Position numbers and translations under genes: made by a program. Shown piece after piece: positions 56,269 to 64,000 of a stretch of DNA of 64,000 nt. The notes beneath the pieces are model-generated. The model saw nothing but the letters and a program-made list of their open reading frames with translations, did not search any database and was not told the origin of the DNA. This stretch comes from Candidatus Sulfomarinibacteraceae bacterium (GTDB lineage Bacteria > Acidobacteriota > Thermoanaerobaculia > Thermoanaerobaculales > Sulfomarinibacteraceae): contig CAWCLO010000001.1 of the NCBI GenBank assembly GCA_963796455.1, forward strand, positions 640,001 to 704,000, in the 5' to 3' direction. Positions within the stretch are counted from its first letter, which is position 1, and each line of letters begins with the position of its first letter.

Positions 56269-57788
56269 CAGGACACCTCTTCGGAATTCGGATTTTGGAT
56301 TTCGGATTTCGGATTTTCACCACGGGCTTGAGACTCCGCAGCAAGAGCAGCAGGAGCTTCGGTTTCGGAGAGGTCGGTGCCCCAGTCGCCGCCAAGGGCC
56401 AGGAAGAGATCGATGCGGGCGTTCCACACATCTGCGGTGCTGGTGATGATGGCCTGTTCGGCCAGACGCAGACGACGCTCGGTTTCGAGCACCCTGAGCA
56501 GGGTCTCAACACCGCGCTGATAGCGCTGTTTCGACAATCGATCGGCTGCGCGCGCCTCCGCCACCCGGATATCCGAAAATTTCTGGTTCTGCAGAGACGA
56601 TTCATTTCGCACCAGGGCATCTTCGACCTCGCGCAAGGCCACCAACACCACTCCGGCGTAGTTCCCGGCGGCTTGATCGGCTCGCGCCCTGGCGGCATCG
56701 ACGTCAGCCCGCCGCTGACCGCCCGTGAAGAGCGGACCGATGAGGTTGGCGATGGCGTTGTAGACGAGGCCATCGGAAATCGTGAGATCGTTGATGGAGT
56801 CCGCCGATGATCCGGCGGATCCGGTCAGGCTGAGGTCGGGATAGAGGTTGGCGATGGCTGCTCCAACCCCAAAAGTTGCGGCCGCCAACTGCATCTCGGT
56901 CTGGCGAAGATCCGGGCGGCGGTCAAGAAGTTGTGCCGGCAACCCGAGCGGAACGGGGTCCAGGGACGGAAGCTGGGGCAAGGTGTCGGGGAGTTCACCA
57001 CCGCTGCCCGGCCGACGGCCAACCAGAACATCAAGCGCCAACCGTGACAGATCGACCTGCCCTGCGATCACCGCCTCGGAGGCGCGCGACGATGCCAGGT
57101 TCTCCCGTGCGAGGTGGAGCTCGACGGCGTCGGCGATCCCGGCGCGATATCTTCTTTCGACGGTGACGAGGGTCGATTCCCAACTGCGGGTGATTTCCTG
57201 ATTGATGCCGAGTGCCCATTCCGCGGTGGCGACGGCGACCCTCGCGCGGACGACCGAAGCCACCACCGAGTGCATCACCGCCTGCTGTGCGGCCTCCTCG
57301 GCCAGCAGACTGGCCCACACCGATTGCTGGGTGCGCTTGAGCCGCCCGAAGAGATCCGCCTGCCAGGCGACATTGACGTTGTACGAGTAGGTTGTCGAGT
57401 TGATCTGCTGGCGGCCGATGTTCGGCAGCACGAAGGACATCTGTTGGGTCGAGGCGGTGGCGCCGTAACCGACCTGCGGCAACCTCGCTCCCCCGGCCCG
57501 TTTCAGATTGGCTTCCGCCTCGATCACCCGGCCGGCGGCAACTTGAAGATTGGGGTTGTTCGCGAGGGCGAGCTCCACCAGCTCGACTGTGGTCTCGTCG
57601 CCAAAGGTGCGCCACCACGGCGATATTTCCGGGGGCTCGCCGGCGTTTTCGTCAGCGGCAAATGTATAGGTGTCGGACACCGCCGCCGCCGTGACCGGCC
57701 GCTCGGGCTCGGGCCCGAGGGTGCATCCGAGGGCGAGGACCACCATGACACCCGCCGCAACCGCTCTCAAAATGAACTGGGAACTCAT
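56268..57788 (-). CDS. Outer membrane efflux lipoprotein (NodT/OprM family)
   Basis: Lipobox ALGC, WWRTFGD, LLDRRPDL, LFLALGGDW. Confidence 0.94.
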   Translation of the reverse strand: MSSQFILRAVAAGVMVVLALGCTLGPEPERPVTAAAVSDTYTFAADENAGEPPEISPWWRTFGDETTVELVELALANNPNLQVAAGRVIEAEANLKRAGGARLPQVGYGATASTQQMSFVLPNIGRQQINSTTYSYNVNVAWQADLFGRLKRTQQSVWASLLAEEAAQQAVMHSVVASVVRARVAVATAEWALGINQEITRSWESTLVTVERRYRAGIADAVELHLARENLASSRASEAVIAGQVDLSRLALDVLVGRRPGSGGELPDTLPQLPSLDPVPLGLPAQLLDRRPDLRQTEMQLAAATFGVGAAIANLYPDLSLTGSAGSSADSINDLTISDGLVYNAIANLIGPLFTGGQRRADVDAARARADQAAGNYAGVVLVALREVEDALVRNESSLQNQKFSDIRVAEARAADRLSKQRYQRGVETLLRVLETERRLRLAEQAIITSTADVWNARIDLFLALGGDWGTDLSETEAPAALAAESQARGENPKSEIQNPNSEEVS

Positions 57789-58492
57789 GAAGTGACCTCC
57801 CGGGTCGTCGCTTCCGAGGATCGTTGGGCGAACGACATCGAACAGGCGCGGATACCGCCCGCCGAAAAGCGAACGAAATGAGGAATGTAACTGCCGAGAT
57901 TTGTCGCCATGACTTCGGATCCTTTGTGTTGGGTGAAAAGATGGTGGGCCTTGAGCGCATGCAGGAGTTGACCGACCAGGGACATGATGCAGAGATGCGC
58001 GTCCTCGGGATCGAGAGGCGGACCGAATTTTTCGAGCGCCATCAGCGACCGCTTCAAAATCGGGCGGACAAATTCGGTGACGAACACGTCGTGTGGCAAG
58101 CGGGCATCGAAGAGCTCCCTCGACACCAGGGCCATGAAGAGCCGGCCCCGACTCTCATCCACCAGTGGGTCGATAAACCCTTCGGCAAAGGACTGGAGGA
58201 ACTCTTCGAGGGTCGGAGCCTCGTCGCGCTCCATCAATTCGCCGAGAACCGACAGACGTTGATCCCTGAGGAAGGTCAGCATCGATCGAAAGGTCTCGAG
58301 GTAGAGCTTGTCCTTGCCGCCGAAGTGATAGTTGACGGAGGCCACATTGCACCCGGCCTCGGAGGTGATATCTCGCACCGACGTCGAGTCGAAACCCTTT
58401 TTGGCAAAGAGCTTCTGCGCCGAGAAGAGGATTCGATCCCGGGTGTCTTCGGCCTCCTGAGTCGCGGTGAATTCATCGGTCTGTACAGCCAT
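57785..58492 (-). CDS. TetR-family regulator (CecR/YbiH-like)
   Basis: LFAKKGFDSTSVRDIT...NVASVNYHFGGKDKLY; SD GGAG. Confidence 0.92.
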   Translation of the reverse strand: MAVQTDEFTATQEAEDTRDRILFSAQKLFAKKGFDSTSVRDITSEAGCNVASVNYHFGGKDKLYLETFRSMLTFLRDQRLSVLGELMERDEAPTLEEFLQSFAEGFIDPLVDESRGRLFMALVSRELFDARLPHDVFVTEFVRPILKRSLMALEKFGPPLDPEDAHLCIMSLVGQLLHALKAHHLFTQHKGSEVMATNLGSYIPHFVRFSAGGIRACSMSFAQRSSEATTREVTS

Positions 58493-58501
58493 GAAAACTC
58501 C

Positions 58502-58550
58502 AAACGCTTGTTTCAAACGTTAATATTAAACAAGTGTTTCAAACCGTCAA
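58502..58550 (-). promoter_or_regulatory. Sigma70-like promoter overlapped by tandem AAAC-N4-GTTT palindromes
   Basis: TTGACG-N16-TAATAT on minus strand; palindromes at 58502-58513 and 58528-58539. Confidence 0.65.
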
Positions 58551-58613
58551 GTTAAGATTCGTCAAGAAGCTAACGAAAAGGAGGGTTGCAGGCTTCCATG
58601 GCGTGGAGGCGAT

Positions 58614-58790
58614 GGAGCTATGGGGCTATGGGCTATGGGCTATGGGCTTTTAGCTGTAGGCTGTTTGAGAGGGAAGGATCGAATCACGTCGAGTACGCCT
58701 CTCCCTTTCTCCCCTCTCTCTTCTCTTCTCCCTTTCTCCCTTTCTCCCCTTCTCCCTTTCTCCCTTTCCCCCATTCTCCCTTTCTCCCCC
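58614..58790 (+). repeat. (GGGCTAT)n array followed by (TTTCTCCC)n array
   Basis: Direct reading. Confidence 0.9.
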
Positions 58791-58852
58791 GCTCCTCTGC
58801 CATTGTTCGGAAACGGGATCGGGATCGGCAGAGGCACCGGTATGATGCCCGA

Positions 58853-60022
58853 ATGCAACACGATCTCTCCTCCCGTCGGTGGTTGATCCTCTTTTCGACC
58901 GTGGTGAGCTTTTTTGCCGTTGGGGTGACCTTCTTCGCCGTGCCACCGCTGGTACCGGAACTGATGACTCGGTTCGGCCTCAGCCACCTCGCGATCGGCA
59001 TCCTGATGGGCGCCATTTCGGTCCCGGCCATCCTGTTTTCCATCCCGTTGGGTTCTGCGATCGACCGCTGGCCGGCCCGGGCGACGGGCAACGTGGCCTT
59101 GCTTCTCATGGCGATCGGCGCCCTGCTTTTTGCCCTCGCTCCGAGCTACGCCCTGCTCTTCATCGGCAGGTTGCTCTTCGGCGTCGGTGGGCTGGCGATC
59201 AACCTGCTCCTGGCACGGTTGGTCTCGACCGCCTTTGCCGGACGAGAGCTTGCTCTGGCAATGGGTGTATTCAACGCCGTGTACCCGGCGAGCATGATCG
59301 TCATGTTCTCGCTCCATCCCAAGCTCCTCGCGACCTTCGGTTGGCGCGGTGAACTGCTGGCACTGGCCGTCATGGTCGTCATCGCCATACCGCTCCACAA
59401 CTTCGCGGTGCCGCATCAACTCCGGGGTGACGCAGCCACCGAGGAGAAAGTCAGCGAACCCTGGATCACCGGTCCCCTGGTGGCATTGGCAGTTTCCTGG
59501 CTGCTGTTCTTCGCCGCCTATGCCTCGATCTTCACCTTTGCCCCCGAGTGGGCAGGCGGAGGAGGCTCGGCCCTCCTAATGGTCAGCCTCATCCCCTGGG
59601 CGGCGATCTTCCTCGCCCCCATCGTCGGCATTTTCATCGATCGCACCGGACACGCAGCACGATGGGTGCTCGGGGGCCAGCTGCTTCTGGGGACCGTGCT
59701 GACGGGCATGGCATTTCGTCTTCTGCCGCCCGCGCCCGCAATGCTGCTGGTTGGGGTCACCTTCGCCACGGTCGCGACGGGAACCTATTCTCTGCCGGCC
59801 TCATTGGTCCGGGCAGCCAGAGTCGGTTTTGCCTTCGGCTTCATCACGGCCTTCTCGAACCTGGGCAATCTGATCGGACCGGCGATCACCGGAGCCATCC
59901 ACGACCGCACCGGGGGCTGGACCCTCGGCTGGACGGTCCTCGCCGGTTGTGCACTTCTGGGCGCGGTGATGTGCGCCTTGATTTCCGTCAGAGAAAATCG
60001 AGCTGCGGAACCTTCGGAATGA
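58853..60022 (+). CDS. MFS transporter
   Basis: About 12 TMs, GSAIDRW, GRLLFGVG, GPAITGAIHDRTG; start MQHDL. Confidence 0.88.
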   Translation: MQHDLSSRRWLILFSTVVSFFAVGVTFFAVPPLVPELMTRFGLSHLAIGILMGAISVPAILFSIPLGSAIDRWPARATGNVALLLMAIGALLFALAPSYALLFIGRLLFGVGGLAINLLLARLVSTAFAGRELALAMGVFNAVYPASMIVMFSLHPKLLATFGWRGELLALAVMVVIAIPLHNFAVPHQLRGDAATEEKVSEPWITGPLVALAVSWLLFFAAYASIFTFAPEWAGGGGSALLMVSLIPWAAIFLAPIVGIFIDRTGHAARWVLGGQLLLGTVLTGMAFRLLPPAPAMLLVGVTFATVATGTYSLPASLVRAARVGFAFGFITAFSNLGNLIGPAITGAIHDRTGGWTLGWTVLAGCALLGAVMCALISVRENRAAEPSE

Positions 60023-60818
60023 GTCGCTCCGAATGGGCCCGCTCGAGGAAAGCCTTGACAGCCGTTCGGCCCCTTTCGCCATAGTCAACCGTCAGCTGGT
60101 TGACGTACATCCCGACGAATCGATCCGCCTTGTCGCGGTCGAGGCCGCGGCCATAGTCGAGGGCGTAGTCGAGAGCCTCTTTACGATGCTCGAGTGAGTA
60201 CTCGATCGACTGTCTGAGGAGCACCGAGACCTTCGCGAGTGTTTCTTCGCCGAGATCGCGTCGGATCACGTTGCCACCGAGGGGCAGCGGCATGCCGTCA
60301 TTCTCCTCGGCCCACCAGACGCCCAGATCGACGATCTTCGAAAAGCCTTCATCCTGCCAGGTCAATTGACCCTCGTGGATCACGACACCCGCGTCAACCT
60401 CGCCCGAGCTCACCGCCGGCATGATCTCGTCGAATCCCATGATCACCGTTTGCAGAGCGGGATTCCACATCTTGAGGGCCAGCGCCGCCGAGGTGAGACG
60501 GCCGGGAATGGCCACCTTCATCGAGGCCAACTGGTCCTTCGTGACATTTTCCCTCGCCACCAGAACCGGTCCGTAACCGTCCCCCATCGAGGCACCCGAG
60601 GCCAACAGGGCATAACGGTCATCGAGGTGGGCATAGGCATGGATCGATACCGCGGTCACCTCGTAGGTGCCCTCGAAGGCCTCGCGGTTGAGGGTCTCGA
60701 TATCGGAAAGTACATGTTCAAATCGAAAATCACCGGTGTCGATGAGTTCTTTGGCAAGCGCGTAGAACATGAATGCGTCGTCGGAGTCGGGCGAGTGTGC
60801 AACACGAATCAGGGTCAT
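59988..60818 (-). CDS. mqnD: 1,4-dihydroxy-6-naphthoate synthase (futalosine menaquinone pathway)
   Basis: HSPDSDDAFMF, DIETLN, GDGYGP, IHEGQL, PLPLGGN, MYVN. Confidence 0.88.
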   Translation of the reverse strand: MTLIRVAHSPDSDDAFMFYALAKELIDTGDFRFEHVLSDIETLNREAFEGTYEVTAVSIHAYAHLDDRYALLASGASMGDGYGPVLVARENVTKDQLASMKVAIPGRLTSAALALKMWNPALQTVIMGFDEIMPAVSSGEVDAGVVIHEGQLTWQDEGFSKIVDLGVWWAEENDGMPLPLGGNVIRRDLGEETLAKVSVLLRQSIEYSLEHRKEALDYALDYGRGLDRDKADRFVGMYVNQLTVDYGERGRTAVKAFLERAHSERLIPKVPQLDFL

Positions 60819-60869
60819 CTATCCTCCGCTTCCCAGAATGGGAGCCCGCATTCTAACCCGAACATTCGA

Positions 60870-61776
60870 CGAACCACAGAAGAACGGCGAAACAGAGACG
60901 ATCCACCCACTCGATACTTGATGCTGGATGCGAGGTGTTGGATCACGCTTGTCCAAGACAGAGTCTCAGACAGCGATCAGGGACGGCGACAGGGATCAGC
61001 CTCAGCGACAGGAAACAGCGATCAGTGTTCAGCGACAGGGAACAGTCGCCAGCGGCAGTGTTCAGTCATCAGCGTCAGCGATCCGCGGCCGGGACAGCGA
61101 CTGAACTCACTTCTTCGGATTCAGTAGCCGCCAGGTCATCGCACGGACTTGATCGAAGACGTTCATCGCGTCACGGGAGGCTGTCGCACCGATCGCCCCG
61201 GCGTGCGCGAGGAGCTGCAAGTGGCTATCGACTTCTTTGGCCGATGCGTAGCCGATTCTCCAGTGGTTCAAACGGTCTCTACCGAATCGGCCGTCCCCTT
61301 CTGCCAGATTCGCAGGGACCGAAAGCCGACCGGATGACCTGATCGGCAATAGGCTTCAGCGGAGCCGGAACCCTCATCACGAGCTTGATCGCGATTCCTG
61401 CCGCTGCGAGGGCATTCGAGTGGGCAACGAGGTTGGTGTTCGGGGCGGCGTTGGACATGGTCACCTCCGGGTCGTTCATGCCCATTCCCACAAGCCGGTG
61501 TGGCCACTTCGTCGCCGGTACTCCTGACCGCTGCCGCTGATCACTGATCGCTGATCGCTGATCGCTGTTGCCTGTCGCTGAACCCTGACGCTGGACACTG
61601 TCGCTGTCCCTGCCTCCTGAACACTGTCGCTGCCAACTGTCGCTGTTTGCTGTCGCTGCCGCTGCAATTCGGGCACGGGCACGAGGCAAACCTCTGAAAC
61701 CCGAATACGACCGGAGACCCGCCTTATGCCAGCGGCACTCGTTACCCTTTCTGTGTCTTTCTGAGTCTCTGCGGTT
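60870..61776 (-). mobile_element. Four-helix-bundle repeat element, copy G (full-length gene)
   Basis: CAGCGA/TCGCTG arms around the gene; boundary motifs shared with copies F and H. Confidence 0.65.
61107..61458 (-). pseudogene. Four-helix-bundle protein (23S-IVP / TIGR02436-like), frameshifted
   Basis: SD GGAGGTGA + ATG; MSNAAP...DQVIRSA in one frame, SVPANLAEG..GR...YASAKE...WRLLNPKK in another; shift at ~61322. Confidence 0.85.
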
Positions 61777-63476
61777 CAGCCGATGTCGCGTCGCGCGACA
61801 AATCGCTCGATCAGATTCCGGGTCGAGGAGTCGTGGTGGCTCAGGTCAGCCTCCTGCCCCGCGACCAATTCGTTTTCTTCTTCGAGGATTGTCCCCGCCA
61901 GGACCTTGCCGAGCTCGACGCCCCACTGGTCAAAGCTGTTGATCCGCCACACCACCCCCTGGACAAAGATCGAGTGCTCATACAGCGCGATCAGCATGCC
62001 CAGCGATCGTGGGGTCAAACGATCGAGCAGGATCGTATTGGTCGGTCGATTGCCGTCGAAGATCTTGTGCGAAGCCAGACGCTTGATCTCGTCGGGCTCC
62101 ATGCCGGAATGCTCGAGCTCCGCCACCACCTCTTCCTCGCTTCGACCCCGCATCAGGGCTTCGGTCTGGGCGAAGAAGTTTGCCATCAGCTTCAGGTGGT
62201 GATCACCAAGCGGATTGTGGGAGTTGACCGAAGCGATGAAATCACAGGGCACCAGTTCGGTCCCCTGGTGGATCAGTTGAAAAAATGCGTGTTGCCCGTT
62301 GGTGCCGGGTTCACCCCACACGACCGGTCCGGTCAGGTAGTCGATCCTGTTGCCGTCCCGGTCGGTGGATTTCCCGTTGGACTCCATGTCGCACTGCTGC
62401 AAAAAAGCCGGGAAACGGCTCAGATACTGATCGTACGGTAGAACCGCCTTGGTCGAGGCGCCAAAAAACGACCGATACCAGATACCCAGCAGCGCAAGGA
62501 TAGTCGGGATATTGCGTTCGGCGGGTGATTCGAGAAAATGGCGATCCATGGCGTGGCCGCCTTCCAGGAGCTCGACGAAACGATCAAAACCGACAGCGAT
62601 GGCCACGGTCAGACCGATGGCGGACCAGCTCGAGTAGCGACCGCCGACCCAGCCCCAAAACTCGAATACGCTGTCGCCGGCAATACCAAAGGACTTGACT
62701 CCTTCATTGTTGGTCGACAAGGCGACAAAATGACGAGCCACCGCTGTTTCGTCGCCGAGCGCCTCCACCAGCCAGAGCCGCGCGGACAGTGCGTTGGTCA
62801 TGGTCTCCTGGGTGGTGAAGGTCTTCGACGCGACCACAAAAAGGGTTGTGGCCGGATCGAGGTCGCGGGTCTTTTCAGAAATATCGGTCGCATCCACATT
62901 CGAGACAAAGCGAATCTCCGGACCGTCGCAATAGGGACCGAGTGCCTCGCAGATCATTGCCGGCCCCAGGTCCGAGCCACCGATCCCGATGTTGACGACC
63001 GTCGTTATGGGTTTGCCCGTGTGACCGAGCCACGCTCCCGACCGAAGCGATTCGGAAAATGCGCGCATCTTCTCGAGCACCCGAGAAATCTGCGGCATGA
63101 CATCTTCGCCGTCCACCACGACGGACTTTCCACCGCGGTTGCGAAGGGCCGTGTGCAACACCGCCCGATCTTCGGTCCAGTTGATCTTCCCGCCCGACAC
63201 CATGGCCTGAGCCGCTTCGGGCACACCACTTTGACGCGAAAGATCGCACAGGAGTCTCAGCGTCTCATCATCGATCCGGTTTTTCGAAAAATCGAAGAAC
63301 AGATCTTCGAGCTCGAGCGAGAAACGCGAGGCACGATCCGGCTCGGTTGCAAAGAGGTCCCGCATGTGGACGCCACCGATCTCGAGGTGGTGCTGGGCGA
63401 GAGCCTTCCACGGCTCGGTTTCGGTCAGTCGTGTGCCGGCACGCACGGCACGGTCAATGGGTGAATCAAATAGCAT
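61776..63476 (-). CDS. pgi: Glucose-6-phosphate isomerase
   Basis: [45 protein letters not shown]. Confidence 0.98.
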   Translation of the reverse strand: MLFDSPIDRAVRAGTRLTETEPWKALAQHHLEIGGVHMRDLFATEPDRASRFSLELEDLFFDFSKNRIDDETLRLLCDLSRQSGVPEAAQAMVSGGKINWTEDRAVLHTALRNRGGKSVVVDGEDVMPQISRVLEKMRAFSESLRSGAWLGHTGKPITTVVNIGIGGSDLGPAMICEALGPYCDGPEIRFVSNVDATDISEKTRDLDPATTLFVVASKTFTTQETMTNALSARLWLVEALGDETAVARHFVALSTNNEGVKSFGIAGDSVFEFWGWVGGRYSSWSAIGLTVAIAVGFDRFVELLEGGHAMDRHFLESPAERNIPTILALLGIWYRSFFGASTKAVLPYDQYLSRFPAFLQQCDMESNGKSTDRDGNRIDYLTGPVVWGEPGTNGQHAFFQLIHQGTELVPCDFIASVNSHNPLGDHHLKLMANFFAQTEALMRGRSEEEVVAELEHSGMEPDEIKRLASHKIFDGNRPTNTILLDRLTPRSLGMLIALYEHSIFVQGVVWRINSFDQWGVELGKVLAGTILEEENELVAGQEADLSHHDSSTRNLIERFVARRDIG

Positions 63477-63524
63477 CGGGTCGAGTCCTCCAGACGACAG
63501 AAAGCATAGCGTCGATTCGGCGGG

Positions 63525-63990
63525 AGGGCTATGGGGCGTGGGGCGTGGGGCTTGATGCTAGATGCACGATGCTGGATCACTCTTGTCCAAGGCAGCGCCT
63601 CGGATAGCGATCAGCAACAGCGACGGCGAACAGTAGCCAGCGGCAGCGAACAGCGGCCGGGGCAGCGACAGCGACAGCCAACTGCACTCACCTCGTCGGG
63701 TTCAACAGACGCCAGGTCACGGCGCGGACCAGATCGGCTGCCCACCGGCTACGCCTTCTGTTGAACGACCCGGAGGTGGCCGTCACTTCACTCGGCCGCT
63801 GCCACTGTTAGCTGTTCGTCTGTCGCTGGATTCTGTCGCTGGATTCTGTCGCTGACCTCTGTCGCTGACCTCTGTCGCTGCCGCTGCCGCTGCCGCTGGA
63901 CACTGTCGCTGTCGCTGCAATTCGGGCACGGACACGGGAAGGGAGAAAGAGGGAGAAAGGGGGAGGGGAAAGGGAGAACCGTACCGAAAG
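63525..63990 (-). mobile_element. Four-helix-bundle repeat element, copy H (last 15 codons only)
   Basis: Remnant DLVRAVTWRLLNPTR* at 63688-63735, core 63740-63781, 13-mer tandem 63820-63880, shared boundary motifs. Confidence 0.65.
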
Positions 63991-64000
63991 CTCAATTCGT

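Noticed and set aside
61107..61458. Diversity-generating retroelement or 23S rRNA intervening sequence
   Set aside because: The gene is Avd/IVP-like, but no reverse transcriptase, TR/VR pair or rRNA sequence is in the window.
4597..63990. CRISPR array
   Set aside because: Repeats are 6-13 bp tandem units without unique spacers; no cas genes seen.

Overview
GC-rich bacterial chromosomal window. PadR plus ADOP-type permeases, an Oar-like TonB receptor, fused ccoNO and futalosine-pathway mqnD suggest Acidobacteriota, possibly Thermoanaerobaculia; this is inference only. Coding content: two sigma54 two-component systems, trkA/trkH, fabH, a TonB-dependent receptor, three ADOP permeases with an ABC/HlyD export module, an aromatic amino-acid decarboxylase/acyltransferase pair, ctaA/ctaB beside a cbb3 oxidase cluster (ccoNO-Q-P-G-H ... 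ccoI-S) split by a ~5 kb opposite-strand block of small genes, queA, yraN, a TetR-regulated tripartite RND pump, mqnD and pgi. No rRNA, tRNA, CRISPR, integrase, transposase or reverse transcriptase was seen. The most unusual signal is non-coding. More than a dozen intergenic spaces hold arrays of 6-9 bp microsatellites, often arranged as nested inverted arms. Four of them (21.5-22.2, 51.5-51.9, 60.9-61.8 and 63.5-64.0 kb) are copies of one element family built around a four-helix-bundle (23S-IVP/Avd-like) gene in graded states of decay. All four share a ~42-47 bp core that carries the gene's ribosome-binding site and lies in opposite orientations in different copies.
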